Positions 38,030-52,509 of a DNA stretch of 64,000 bases are shown piece after piece. Under the pieces are notes generated by a model. The model ran no database searches. It saw only the letters and a list, made by a program, of their open reading frames with translations, and was not told the DNA's origin. Location of the stretch: positions 1,328,834 through 1,392,833 of the forward strand of contig NW_018406762.1 in NCBI RefSeq assembly GCF_002113885.1, written 5' to 3'. A program made the translations under genes and the position numbers. Source of the DNA: Mizuhopecten yessoensis (Eukaryota). How positions within the stretch are numbered: the first letter of the stretch is position 1; each line of letters begins with the position of its first letter.

Positions 38030-40705
38030 AGGCAAAACACATATTAATTTTAAACGAAAACTTCAAATTTGTAGCGTAAAAGTAAAATGCAACATCAAAC
38101 AAAATAAAAGTGCTCCATTTTGGGTATCATCACACAACTTAAACAAATGAGCCTTTCACAAACAAGTATGCAGTCACGTTTGACGGAGTTATGGTTATTC
38201 GGTCAATTTTGTAATCAAACAATAAACAACGACAATACGTTATATGTTTAGCAAGTGCCCCATTTAAAACGTGTCTACACCACATACATACAGGTATATA
38301 TTAATTAGCATGATAGTTTACTCGCGTATTTTAGTTAAACCAAGGAAATAGTTATTTGTAACCTCAGTAAGAATATTTCCTTGACACAAATGTCGGAATA
38401 CAGTAAGGCAGGATTTACTTACAGTTATTAGTACTCGAAATCATATGTGGTAATATCGTTCTTTAGAACAAAATTTGATCGACAAACGTTTTACTACATG
38501 CTTGCTCATTCAAGTGTGTACTCTTTATATTATATTCATAACATAATTATGTCTCGCATGTAAAAGCGCGTTCCTTCATGTACCTTTAAATGTTTATATT
38601 TCACAACTGTGTATTCTGGCTTCCTGTTTCGGTATTACTATGGAGCTGGCAGGATATCTTTGTCAATCTTTACAATAGAGTACATAAACAATCCTAACAT
38701 TCCACCTTAAACACTGTTCTTATTACAAAACTATCCTTTTTGGTCGCAGCTATGGATAATTTGTAGGTCTAAGCCAGGGCAGTATTGGGCTTCCCAAAAG
38801 GGTAAATACATATCCGACTATTTGGTTAACCGGCTAACCGTTGACAACCCAAACTAAAAACAACGTCTTTTTCGTCCATATGTCCATCACGTCTGTGCGC
38901 TTGGCTGTAATGTCTGTTTTTTGAAAGATCGCCTTGATATGTGATTTAGTACGACTTTGATTGATGACATTTAAAATATCTACATAAAGTCGGATATATA
39001 AGTATTTAATTGGAGTCTTAATTACGCAAAATATATGTAATTAACACATCAGCATCTTATTCATTTCTCATCAAGAATTCAGAGCACCAAACTGATTGTA
39101 AATCTGATTTTAAAAACACATTTTATTGTTACAGAGTATACAGCAAAGATTGGACACAAGTAATTGTAACCTACAAAACCTCCCTCTTATTCTAGTTACA
39201 CAACCGTGTTTGATACCAGTCATTTAAGATTTGATCACAACGCAGTCGCATAAAAGGTTCGAAAATTGAATAATAATATGTCCCTTGGCTGGAGTTATTT
39301 ACCTTTCTTTCGAAATCTTATTATCAGTTATTATTTGTAAAAAGTTAACTTTGTTTGATTTGGAATTTTTGAAAACAAGTCATTTATGTAACGGTTTCCT
39401 CCCTAACATCATGGCCTCGATATTCCAGGGGTTACCTTCAGTGGTAGACCAGTCTGATCCTTTTGCGTACAATGAAATATTTATGTGGCACCGTAACGGT
39501 AAGTTGACTGGCTTTGAAGTGTCTCTTACCTGTCATCTTCAAAGGACATGTACCTGCCTAGTGATTGTTATTTTTTACCTGAGACCAATCAAACAGCTAT
39601 CTTCTTGCCTTAGATTTCGCTATGACATGTTCCATGACTGATAAACGGTACCACTGAACCAGTTATAATCCCGAAGAATCTCCCACTATGTTTGTTTGAA
39701 ATGAAGTAATATCTGTTATATATTTGTAGCTTCGAGTTACTTCCCCGGTCTACTTATGAATCTTTCATTTCTCATTTTCATAGACTTTGTGGCCCTTAAA
39801 TTGGATATAATTTCGGTGCGAAGTTTTTAGACGGAAGTATCGGCGTATGCTTGACAGTGTAAAGGTCGTGTCTCCTGCATCCTTCTGTTCCCCATTTCAT
39901 TCCGGCTCTAAAAACATTCAATTTTCAAACAATCATAGTTCTGTAAAAATGCATCCCCACATGTGCTTTTTATGAAATACATTACAACCTTAACAGTGGC
40001 GTTAATCGAATTTAACGTATTGGTATTTTGAATGAATTAAATTTGAATTTTAAATAAAAAAGACACAGAGGTTATACAAATAGAAAGGCTTTATTTAGAG
40101 TTTCACATCTTAGCTAGTTTTATACATGAATAGCAAATAAAAAAATCATGTACAAATCTAAAACCATTTAACATGTATTTAGATGTTTGTATCATTTTAG
40201 AGTTACAAAACGTACAGGAGATGTCTTATGTATCACACTCTTGATTATTGACAAAGTCTGTCTGAATGTCTGTCTGTCTGTCTGACAGTCTCTCTCTCTC
40301 TCCCTCCCTCTCTCTCTCCTTTCTTTCTATCTCATCATGTGTGCAAATAACTTATCGCGCGGAGACAATATGTCTTAAAAAATATTTCATTATTGTGAAA
40401 ATTATAATAAGATGTTTTAACTTTATGGTACTCGATCTTTACCTTAGGATGAAATGGAATATTTCTAAATAAATCCTTATAAAGTAAGTAAATAATAACA
40501 ATACAACAAATAAATAAAAAAAAACACGTCGCAGCTAACTAGTTAATTCGTTGATCACTTCAATGATGAGACCTTGACTCTCAGTTTGGGTCGATATTTG
40601 AGGGTATATTTTCCATAAGACATCGAGGAATCGACTTGAAATTATATTTACACGATGCAGTATTGTACCACGAGGTCATGGGTACCCTATGCACCATTTC
40701 CTCAA

Positions 40706-42295
40706 TTACAGTCCCATCACGTGTACGGTACCGTCGTCACATCCGATCCACACGTTCCCACACGTTTCCACACCCACCGCTGTAGGTTGGATCACCCCAA
40801 GTCTCTGATCCAGGAGACACGTGGCCTGTGTACCATCTCCCTGTAGGACATACACCTGATTGTTATTGAAGTCTGGTATTAACAGTCTGTCGTACTTGTC
40901 ACATGACATATTATAGAGGTTACAACGACCAACCTTTTGACCGTTGTTGAGTTCACCAGTCCATTTATATTTGGTTGTATCAGAACTGTCTGTTATGATT
41001 GATACATTATCATAGTCCGACACTGCAATGTCTCCTGACGACAAACATGTAATAAACCGCCCATCCATTCCACATGTCATCTTCCTAACAATTGTACCTG
41101 ACTGATTCAGTATCACTATGTCTGGTGTACCTGTACTAACAAACACTTCGTCCCTGTCGTTGATGCTGATGTCATATGCTTTATGTGGTCTGATGTCAGC
41201 AAATGTTGTCACTTGTTTGTTGCTAAGTGATAGTTTATACACGTGTGTACCAAATGGAATACCGGTCATAAGTATGTCTGTTGTCTTGATCATGGTGGTG
41301 ATTCTAAATGGAGAGAAGTCCAGTTGTACTGTCTCTTTGATCACACCACCCCTGTTGACCAGTTCCAGACCCTGGTATTTGTATATTGATAACCACGCGT
41401 GACTGTCGTCGACTGGACATATACTGAATATTTGATTTTGCTGAGTAGTAGTAAAATAAGAGAGACGTTGAACGTGTCCCTTGTGTAATTCACCAAACAT
41501 TTTTTTCAGCAGGACGCGGTCGATACTTCCTGTAACAAAGCTTGATTGTTTTGGTGAAACATGTTTCATATTAACGTCATACTGGGGCAGAGTTTTCCTC
41601 AATGACACTTTCGTTTCAAATATAGATATAATAGATGCAGCCGTCAGTTCCGCCTTTTCAAGCAGACGCGTCAACTCTTTGGCATTTTTCTCTGATCGTT
41701 GAATATCTTTCTTGTAAAATAGTGCTTCTTCTTTTTCTAATGATGATAACTCGGCCAGCACTGCTTCCGCAATATCATCTACTGCTGCCTTTAACTTAGT
41801 CCTCTGTGAGTTCACCTCTTTCCTCGTTGTATCAATGTTGTCTTTGAACGTTTTGTTCACGCGATGTCGCTCTGATGTCTCGTTCTTGAAATTTGCTATT
41901 CTGTCAGCTATCGTTGTCATGTGTTCCTTAAAATGTTCCTTTTTGACAGACAGTTCGTCTTCCAAAAGTTTCCAGTTGTGCTGTTTGTGATTTGTAGATA
42001 AACATGTCAAACAAATCAACGCATTGCAGTTCGAGCAGAAAAGATCACACAGTTTACCGGGATGTAGTTTACATACCTCTGGTACAGGCTTGTCGCCCTG
42101 ACGGTTAGCCTCTCCTATCGATACGACGTCATCGTTTTTAGTTTTTTTCCCGCGTGTATGGAATTCCTTGCACCGATCACATAAATTCTCCTGACAATCG
42201 TTACAATACCATCGTACCCCGTCTTCACTATCACACAAAGCACACGTGTAGGTAACGGGTTCCTTGGCATGCTGTACGGATCTGTTGCTTGACAT
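40706..42295 (-). CDS. RING-less TRIM-NHL protein, copy 5, intact, 529 aa
   Basis: Open frame; start placed at the ATG homologous to other copies (MSSNRSV); 11-aa in-frame deletion before the propeller and 1-aa insertion relative to copy 3. Confidence 0.9.
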   Translation of the reverse strand: MSSNRSVQHAKEPVTYTCALCDSEDGVRWYCNDCQENLCDRCKEFHTRGKKTKNDDVVSIGEANRQGDKPVPEVCKLHPGKLCDLFCSNCNALICLTCLSTNHKQHNWKLLEDELSVKKEHFKEHMTTIADRIANFKNETSERHRVNKTFKDNIDTTRKEVNSQRTKLKAAVDDIAEAVLAELSSLEKEEALFYKKDIQRSEKNAKELTRLLEKAELTAASIISIFETKVSLRKTLPQYDVNMKHVSPKQSSFVTGSIDRVLLKKMFGELHKGHVQRLSYFTTTQQNQIFSICPVDDSHAWLSIYKYQGLELVNRGGVIKETVQLDFSPFRITTMIKTTDILMTGIPFGTHVYKLSLSNKQVTTFADIRPHKAYDISINDRDEVFVSTGTPDIVILNQSGTIVRKMTCGMDGRFITCLSSGDIAVSDYDNVSIITDSSDTTKYKWTGELNNGQKVGRCNLYNMSCDKYDRLLIPDFNNNQVYVLQGDGTQATCLLDQRLGVIQPTAVGVETCGNVWIGCDDGTVHVMGL

Positions 42296-42372
42296 GGTGT
42301 TGGTACTTTCACGTTTAAACTTTCCACACAAACTGTGAGTTCCTACCATTCGTTTCTGTGTCGGTACAACTA

Positions 42373-42412
42373 TAACTATACACTTCCTTGTTACGGGTAT
42401 ATCACGTGACTT
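42373..42412 (-). promoter_or_regulatory. Putative core promoter module of copy 5
   Basis: CACTTCCT 42381-42388 and TCACGTGAC 42402-42410. Confidence 0.5.
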
Positions 42413-45400
42413 GACCAACAGACAGTACAATATACCGAACATTTTGCCTTAGGCCAAAAACTGATATAAGTGTGTTCATTATAAATGAGCCGTGTTAGAT
42501 AACAGACAGTAAATGGCCTATAAGAAAAAGAAGAAGAAAATGACTTTCAAAACGCTACAATGTCACAACTATCAAACAGTCTAAAGGGAGGCAGACAAGT
42601 GACCTTGAACTTATTATCTAAATTTCATGGTACTTATCACAGTTAGTGTTACTGGAAGTTTTAGGTTAAGAGATCTGAGGGTTCGAAATTGACATCTTCG
42701 TGGTATTTCATAAATAATAATATGATATTAATAATTATATACCGCTTTATCACAACGTAGGTCGTAGACCGTCAAATTCTGATTATTTTGTTATGATATA
42801 TTCATCTCTTGGTTGAATCAAAGGAAACTTTCAAATCAACACACCTGTCAAGAATGCTAATTAATGAGGAAAGTACGTGACATTAATCGCTCTTTTACAG
42901 TTTTTGAATGTCAACATCTGACACATTTGTGTCGAATATGTAAGAGTCTGGTGTTGAAAAAGTTCAAAGCATTCCAAAAACTTTCCAGAGGAACAACTGA
43001 AATTTCCTTGTTAAAAGGAATTTACAATTATTACGATTTACACTACGAAAACACTACCTCATCCAAAATATTATAGTTGAGAAAACATTGCCTGGAAGGG
43101 ACAGTTTCTTTATTTAACTTAACCACCTGCGATACGTTCTAAAGGTCTAACATACTTCTGGTACGACATGCTTTGATGAATACTTTGACTTGTTATTAAC
43201 GGCAGATGTCCTAATGTTAGCCGATAGTTCAGGACATAAAGCCAATTAATCTTGAATACAATTATGCCGATACTGTATATTTTTTTTCGGCTCCTCGGTT
43301 TGCTCTGGGAGGTGATCCTTATGATGGCAAGGAAAGAACGCCAGCGTCTTGACATGCATGTTATTGAAATGGAACGTTTGCTCGCGAAGGTGTATAATGG
43401 ATTTCAGGAAAGCTCGCTCATGTGAAAGAATCACGCAATCAACTTGGCTCAAGTAATACACTGCTTAGTTAAAAGTTAAAACTGAAGGCATTCTAAGAAC
43501 ATGTTGGGTATGTTTTATCATGCTCATGAACGACTCTGTATTTTGTAAACACTATGAACATACAAGACATTATATAATCGTTGCAAACAAAACTTCTCCG
43601 AATTGGCTGTGTGTCTCAGAAATAATACGATTTAGAATGACCAATAACGATGTTTTAGTCGTGTACATGAAAACCCAAAATATCTCAAATTGACTAATCT
43701 ATGACGGATTTTGCATTCCAGAGCCCTCCCCTCCCTCTTGAGGCCTCAAGATATTCCTGTGTCAGTTCCATTGAAATATATAAAAGTATGTGATTACGGA
43801 ATAAGTATAATGTTTACACCTGTATTGAAATTTTTATCTGATATGGCCCTTTGGTTTTATTTTTTTAATGTTTGTAAATAAAAAATGAATTCCTTGTTAA
43901 TTTCGGTTTAAACTCTTCCCGGTACAAGGTGTAGTACTCTACTGTTTCCTAACCAACGAGTTTTGCCGTAACCTTTTGATAGCCAAAGTGATACGTTTTG
44001 ATTGATGGTACGGTTCATAAACTACACATTTTACTCATTATTTTATTCAAAATAGACCAGTACTCATCTATATAACATTAATCGTAAACACTAAAGGTAT
44101 CGTCATGAGTTATAATATTTCAATTATCGACAGTAAGTGATGTTTTTGACGTGACGCGAAATGTCGTTTGATAACGTGACGTACCCACAGAACTGCCGTC
44201 ATCTGTGTCAGATCCTCTTAAAACATTCATCATTCATCCCGGATTTTTCAGGAATATAAAAAAAGGTTGTCTAACATTGTCGTAACATTTTAATACATAT
44301 GGAGAAATGACGGTCACTTTGCTAATTGCATAATCCGCCATCTTGGATAAAATGGCGGCCATTTGGCCCATTGGGATAGCACTACGGGCTTTAAGTTTTT
44401 GCGTTTAACGGGTCGGTAGTAATCCGGATAGTATTAGCCGGGATGTCAAATTTCCCTACACACCGTCTTAATATGGGTTAAAAATTAATAAGCGCGATCC
44501 ATTAAAAACTCGAGGTTCCTGGAATAGATGAATTTTTTGAAGCGAGGGTGCCTGCCTATATGTTCGATCGAATTTTCCGATGCTGCCTCCATAACCTAGA
44601 TAAGTTGCCGAGATTCGCTTGATAACTTCCGGTTTAGAAAAATACAGTTTATGAGTTGTTTTAAGAATATTTGCAATATCCGAGGTTCCTGGAGCATTTC
44701 AAAAGTGATTATTTGAAATTTGACATACAATCAAAGGGGCACCATAGGGGATTATATTAAAAACATCGTATTCTTTTGAAAGTGAAAGGAGTCTCCATGT
44801 TTTTGTGACACTCTCTCAACTTGAAAGAGGCACCAAAAATAACTTACAACTTCTCACTGATATAACATGCTGTATGCAAGAACATGCCGTGACATATAGT
44901 TTGTCCCTGTTTCAGACAACTTTGATACTAAGTTGGTATCACATATGAACGAACGTGCTCGATCACCTCATACATTATATACATAATACGTCAAAAAAGG
45001 AGCAAAAGGATTTTCAGGACGAAAAATTAAAGCATAATGATACATGTACTTGTAGCTTATCGATGTTGTTGCTATATTTTTTAACTGATAAGTAAATCCG
45101 TCTGCTTTATTGTTAAGTGGATTATGTAAATTTATCAGTCGTTCCAACTAACTATATTATGTAAAATTCAACATTTGAAAAAGAGCTGGTATTCCAGCCT
45201 AGCCCCCGAAATAATCATCAGAGACATATAAATTTCATCAGCCCGAGATTATTCTGCCTTATATTTATAGAATCTTTGTATCACGTATACAAACTGTACT
45301 AATGCAATGTATATGAGATTGCAATCGTCATATTTGGTCTTGTTTTATTTTATGCGTCTTTTTTATGATACCACACCTTTTAATTTTGTATTCAAGCGTT

Positions 45401-46962
45401 TGATAACAACTTATCGTGCAATGATTGGAACCGTCTAGGCTATAGATTCACTTGTTGGAATTTGAGTTAAAACCAATCGTGCAGTTGATAATTGGGGCCC
45501 CTTGAACTTTCGCAAATTTCTGATTTTAAGACACCAATTTATCGTTAACCACGCGGATTTTGGAGGTTAATGTTTCATAACTAGCACATTAAATGTCTTC
45601 TTACATATAAATAAAATAATTGCCTCTTTCATCAGTGGTTAACATTGATTTTAGGTCGTTTCTCTTTACTTTAATACGGTAACATATTTTTGTTTGGTTG
45701 TTGATTATTCACGATTTGACATTCGTTTGTTTTCTAATTCCTTGATATTTGTTGTCTCTGTAGTTAAACTATGGACACATTAGTTATTAGTTTCGATTTA
45801 GAAACAAAAGTTAAAATCGTTCACGACTCTGCAATTACATAATACATGTAGTATTATATAGAAGTATATATTCTATTGATGCAAGTTATAAGTTTGAAAT
45901 TCGTTTTTTTCGTCAATAACCAATATTCACATTTAAAGGGAAATAAACCGCTATATATCAGCGAAATTCCGCTAAGATTATTGTACGTGTACAGCCAGAC
46001 CAGCGACGCTTGTTTGATACGCGGACTAGAGAAACTGTAACGGTATGGCTGGTACAATATGTTAATCGCTATTTGATTTTGTAGGCACACTGCAAAAAAG
46101 TAATGTATATCATCCTTTACTTATGACAGTGGTAAGTGTAAGAGAACTTTGTCTTCTCAAATTTGGGTTGTCATATTTCAAGCTGCATGCTGAAGTAAAA
46201 AAATAGCGGCAATTGGTCATAAAGCCGAAGCGATGTAGTACTTACATGGATTTATAATGGTTAGGAACGCTATAACGGAACTTCGGAGATAGTATTCTCT
46301 CATTCCTGTGCGTGTATGACAAAACTGTCCAAGGTAGGAAAGGGGTTTAAGAGTTTTCTCGGAGATTTTAACATTCAGGAAAACACAAAGACATAACACA
46401 TCTGCCGGGGTAGTGCTAGGTTCCCCCAGTGTTAAAATGTTCCCCGTCGTCACGCGTTCGACACAGTGTAAAAGGGGAGACAACCACGACACGCTTATGC
46501 GGTAACTGTCCTAGATTTGTTCGACGAGAGAGAAAGTTAAAAAAGTGAGCAACAGAAATTTGGAAATTAACGGCAGCGAAGTACTTTGAAGAAATGTGTT
46601 ACACCATATGAACGCTTATACACTTTTGGTATAACATTTACGTTGTCTTTAGCTACTGTCGTAGACACAAGGAAAAGGTCGAATAGGTGAAAACTATGTA
46701 AAAAGCTTCGAGATGAGAACACCTCTGATGTTAGTGAATGTTACAATCCACCATCTACAAACATTGACGAGCACCATGCTAATCATTTACCCACCTTGAT
46801 GACCATACGTACTTATACACGGTTTATTTTCATCAACATTTGTCTTTATTTTTAATGTGTTTAATTCTAGTATAACATTAATTGAATGATTTAGTTCTAA
46901 GTACCATTTTTACATACTGTTTTAGTGTGACAGCATAAACCCCTAAATACGTCTTGGTATGG

Positions 46963-47105
46963 CTTGGTTTGTTTGTGTTTTATGTCCTATAAACAGCTTT
47001 GGTCATTTAAGGACGTTCCTTGTTTTGGTGGCGGAGGAAAGCCAGTATCTGCCGACTGCCCAAATTAGGTCTCGAACCCGCGACCCAGTGTTGTAGGACT
47101 AGTGG
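46963..47105 (-). mobile_element. Fragment of a second SINE family
   Basis: B-box-like GGTTCGAGACC on the minus strand, ggcggaggaaagcc core remnant, and (AAAC)-type tail next to tgtcctataaacagc...ggtcatttaaggacg. Confidence 0.5.
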
Positions 47106-49572
47106 AAGCAGAATTTTATTGAACGTCGTGATATGAAGTCACCAAGAGAATGCATTTCGTGCCGTTTGGGCTTAGTTCTGAGTTCTCTGTACTATTGACG
47201 CTGGATTTGCTATAAATCAAAACAGTTGAATGGACCACAAACATATATTAAGTGAGAATATGTCTATTTCAATATTTATTTTGCTCTTAATATATTTGTT
47301 CTCTCATCTTCACAGTGTGTTAACGCCACCGGATATCGGTACCACGGAAGCGGAGATTTTGTGTGATGGACAACGGTTGATGATGAATATGTTTTTAATG
47401 GTCTACTTGCTGCAGAGCCAAGCATATGCTTAATGCTTTCTGTATCAATATCACATATATTTGGCGTTTATCTAAGCCACAGAAATCAATCAAATAATCC
47501 CTCATATAACGATATAATTTAAATTTCAGCTACAACAAAGAAAGATACCTCGGCTTTCATTGGTACCAGACAGATTTGTTGCAAGGTGTTAGAACATATC
47601 TTCAGTATTTTATGTAGATTTCATTTAAATAACTTTCAATTGAGGTAGTTTAGGAGTGTCCTACCAGGTCTTGCAATTAACTGAGGCCTAGAAATATAAA
47701 ACCCCAATGAACCAAAACCTCATCCTCACGCTGCTAACATTTACAATGGTTCCGCTTCCGTGGTCCGATGTCTGGTGCCGTTAACACACGGTGGTCTTTC
47801 AGTGATAGTGTCTCCCGTTCTAGTCGTGAGATATTTATGTCATCACACAGAGAGTAGATTATCCACGCGTACTTGTGACGACATAATGAAAAAGATAGAA
47901 TACGTCTCTTTTATAATTATCACCATCATACATTGTATCTTGCGAAATGAGTTTTCTATTTTTAATCGACATTTCAGACGGGAGAGAAACTGACCATAGT
48001 ATACATTTCAAATGAGACGGATACACAGGTTTACGTGGGCTAAGACTCGTCTAGATATTCATTTTTAAGAACCTCTGAGCCAGGAGTTTGTCTGCCTCCC
48101 CATCAAATGGGGGAAAGTTCTCTTTACTTAACGACTAGAATCATTTTGGACAAGGTATCACACAGCAATTCGTCAGTAATCAGTTTTGACGAGGTAAAGC
48201 ACAATGATTCACGAATTATTATTTTGACAAAGTATAGCGCAGCAATTCCTGAGTAATATTTTTGGACAATGTATAACTCAATGGTTCGAGATTTATTATT
48301 TTGGACGATAAATAACAATGATTCGCGAGTATTTATGCTTGGCGAGATATAACACAATTATATCTTCACGTCTTTTTGTTGACAAAATATTTCTTGGATA
48401 CACACTTTTGTGAAGTATTCATGTGTTGTTTTTATTGTTCATGGTTCCAAGAAAACAGCGAAAATTGGCGCATCATAAGGTTCTCATGTGATAAGGTTCC
48501 ATTGTGTGAAACATATCATACATGTTGATACAGGAGTGAGTCATACATTATACTGTTGATTTTAAATCTCAATTAGTTTAATTTATTACTGATTTCCTTA
48601 ATAAATTTAATATAAATTTATATTTAATGTTTAGGAACATTTCTCTTTAGTGTACAAAAACATGTTTATATTAATAAAACATTATAATTTTACCTATTAC
48701 TTACCCGTGTGATGATATTTTAACATATTCAGGCATTACTATTACTTCTGATATACAAAGCTTGCACGTGTATCTGGTAAATACTGTATTAATTAAAGAT
48801 GGAAAAGTACTATAAATTGATGACATTTTAGAAATGTAACACATTCAAACACAAATACAACTGTTAACATAAATGGATTGTGCATACGTGTTGCTAATGC
48901 TGTGCTAGTTTAACGATGTGGGTTTGAAATCAACTAATGATATTTTCACATGTTCAATTATAAATAATACTGCATACAAGAATATTTGTTCACATATCTG
49001 ATTATTTTGCATATCAATTATAAGAAAAGAAAACGATATAAATTTTATGATATTAAAACATATCCAAACATCAGAATGTGATATTTGATAATTTTCTATA
49101 ATATGTTGAACCATCAATAATCATTGCCTGTACACTCGTCTGGTGAATTGGATTGTATATTATAAGATAAGAAAACGATATAAATTTATGATATTACAAC
49201 ATATCCTAACAAGCAAAACATCACAAAGTGATATTAGTTTAATAATTGTTAACATGTTCAACCATCAAAAAGTATTCCTACAGGTAATGCCTGTACATAT
49301 ATCTGGTTATTGTTGTATTCGTTAATTAACAGCCTATTGATATTAAGTGATTATATTTTTATCCGTTCAACTATAAATACAAACGATAACATAGAATTAT
49401 TGTATATGCATAATGTACTAGCTGTGATAGTGAATCTATTTGGGAGTGATAACAATTTATGATATTTTATCATGTTAACATATTACTATTAAAATACAAT
49501 GTCATTTTCGTCTTTCCGCTTGTCTGTAATGTCTGTTTGTGAAAGATCTCATTGACATGTTATTTAGTACGG

Positions 49573-49848
49573 CTTTGCTTTATGGTATTAAAGATATCTA
49601 CATAAACATGGCCTTTGCACGCAAAATATGTTTACTGAACACATCAATAATAAGATTCATTTCTCGTGGAGAACTTTAGAGCATCGACTTGATTTTAACA
49701 ATTTTTACTGCTTTGCTTTATGGTATTAAAGATATCTACATAAACATGACCTTTGCACGCAAAATATGTTTACTGAACACATCAATAATAAGATTCATTT
49801 CTCGTGGAGAACTTTAGAGCATCGACTTGATTTTAACAATTTTTACTG
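49573..49848. repeat. 138-bp near-perfect tandem duplication
   Basis: ctttgctttatggtattaaagatatctac...aacaatttttactg starts at 49573 and again at 49711. Confidence 0.9.
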
Positions 49849-51744
49849 AAAAGACTGGACACAAGTTATAGTAACCTCAAAATCTCCTCTCCTATTCTAG
49901 ATACACAACAGGGTTTGATACCCGTCATTTAGAAATAATAAATAAATTAAAACGCAGTCGAGTTGATTTTTGGAAAAAAATGATGACGAAGAGGCCGCCT
50001 TGGCCTGAGTGAAGTGTTGTCCAAAAAATATTAAAGTTTGTCCTCTTCTAATCTTAAAGTTACGCAACACGAATTGGCTTACAGCTTTGGGTGTAAGTGT
50101 ATTTAGAAAGGATAGAACACCTTTTAAGTGTTTTTTTTAAAAGTTGATTTGCAAATAAATAAATATAAAAAGGTTTTTGTTGGAATTATGGATTTCAAAA
50201 AAAAAAACCCCATCTTTTTCAACGGTTTCCTTGCAAATAGCCTCGATACTCAATGTGTTACGCTCCCTCGAATATGTCATGACAACATCGAAGTCTCCGT
50301 ACGTGCGACCTTCTGAATGATAGAAATAGATTAGTCTGAGCCTTTGATATACAATAAAATAGTCGTGCGGCACCGTAACGGTAAAATTGACGTCGGATGT
50401 TGCCCCTTTGTAATCCTCAAAGGACATGTATCTACCTAGCGATTGGTCTTTTGTTTACATGAAATCAATGAAACAGCTACATTCGTGCTTTAGATTTCAC
50501 TATGACACATTCCACGGCTGCAGAGATCGTAAGTGAGCGTAACTCCTGGAGTATCAAGGGGCCTCCTAAAAGACAACGTATTATGATGTTTCGACTTTTT
50601 GAATAAACTGGAAAGCTCGCGCTCACACTTTTGTTAATTTCGTTGGCTAGTTAGTATTGGTTCGCTTTCCGAGACGACTGATAGTTTACATATGACGTCC
50701 ACATACCAAAGACGTAAACAATTATATTACAAATATTGACAAAAAGGTGGAAAATCTAAATACTCATGACTTAATTTCTAGTTTTTCGTGTAGCTTCGTG
50801 TCTCTGTCTAATCCGTCAGTAAACTAACAGGAATATTGATCATGAGTTCTTTCCTCATTTGTTGCAGATCACGGAATTTTCGCTTATCAAATAATCGCTT
50901 TAGATGCATAATCAGTCACACCGGGCCTGCGACCAGGATACGATCTAGCTGCGACTGAAAAATGTTGGAATCGCAAGCAAATCGTAGAACGATCGTGCGT
51001 TCTATGACACTAAAACGGAACAAAAAAAAATAACATTTGTTTAGAAATTCACTTCAACTAAGGTAATTTGTGATGCACCAAATCACCCCCCCCCCCTTCC
51101 ATCAAATATTGAAGCAGCTTAGGATAGAATATGGTGCATTGATACACATGTGAGATATTTAGTTGATTTCACAAATATCACGACGACATTCTCGAAAAGA
51201 AATATATATTCAAGTAGGAAGCATTATGTTTTAAATAATTAGGACAGGAAATGAAAATAAGATAGAATAAAATAAAAATAAAATTAGGCAAAATGAACAC
51301 TGATATACGAACTAAACATTAAGAAAAACCTTTATATATAGTGCTAGCTTCGAGTTACTTCCCTGTCTACGTAGGAATCTCTTATTTTCATAGACTTTTC
51401 GTCCGATAAATTGGACTCCGATTTCGGTGCCAATTTCTTGGATGGAACTATTAGCGTAGTGGAATATTTCATTTAAAAGCAAATATTTAAATCAGTAACA
51501 GTGGTAATAATTGAATTTAACTAATTGCTACCCTCAAATCAATAACAAACGATACAAAGACACAGCAGTAATACAAATAAAAAGACTTTATTTAGAGTTT
51601 CAACTTTAATTGAATTTTCTATATGAATAGACAATAAGAAATAATGTACAAATATAACACCATTTAAAAGTATGCAATTGGATGTTTGTATTATTTGGAA
51701 ACGAGCTTTTATTAATGCATATAATTTCATGCAGCACACTCTTA

Positions 51745-52509
51745 TTTTATTTTTATATTTAACTTTTTATTTAGATTTTTCATCATTTGATGTACATGAA
51801 CAATTAATAGCAAAACATTCACTCATTTGTATACTGCCACATACATATGTAAACCTATCTGTTATGTCCACATTTGTCATAGAGTACATACATTCTCAGG
51901 ATTATATTTATCCACACTAGCACAAACTTACATACTCATATGTGTGATATATATATGTCTCAATCATTGCTATGTCTTTATGCTGGAAAAAGTATCTGCA
52001 CTAAATTATATATGACCGCACATACTGTATAACTCATGTCCATGTCAAAAACACCCATGTCCATGTATAAACATAATGAATATGATTTCACCATACTCAC
52101 ATGCGTTGTACTCACACATACCCATGTGCATGATATCAGACATTCTCAGACATTCCTGTATCTACTGATTATTGATATAAGGAGAAGAAATATCAGTCCC
52201 ACACAAAAAGGTAAATGAGAAATTTGCACAGACTGTCTACTGAGTACATTGCATTGTCTTTATAAGAAAGAGGAATTGAGATAGAGATTGAGAAAAATAA
52301 AAAGAACAGAACAGAGAACATAAAGAAAAAAAGGAAGAAATGTAGGAAAAGTTGGGGCGAGATGGTGGAACAAGAGGTGGATAATCACTCATGTATATTA
52401 TATTATATATAGATAATATATCGGCTTTGTGAAGGGCAGAAATTAAAATATGTATGATGGAGTGCGTCTTAAAAATAATAATAATAATGATAATAAAAAT
52501 GTATTACAA
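51745..52509 (-). mobile_element. 765-bp insertion with 10-bp target duplication, probably a non-LTR retroelement 3' end
   Basis: CACACTCTTA at 51735-51744 and 52510-52519; single copy in paralogs; T-rich left end reads as an A-rich tail on the minus strand; no coding signature. Confidence 0.65.

Noticed and set aside
42296-42442. 49-aa N-terminal extension of copy 5 (and 26-aa extension of copy 4)
   Set aside because: The extensions run through the promoter region and are not conserved; the homologous ATG in gtaccaacaycATG context is the likelier start.
50137-50427. Assignment of the relic ORF to cGAS/Mab-21, HSPA12 or a metalloprotease
   Set aside because: Only vague motif resemblance (DFDVVM, TVPH); the diagnostic GS...DxD or HExxH motifs are absent.
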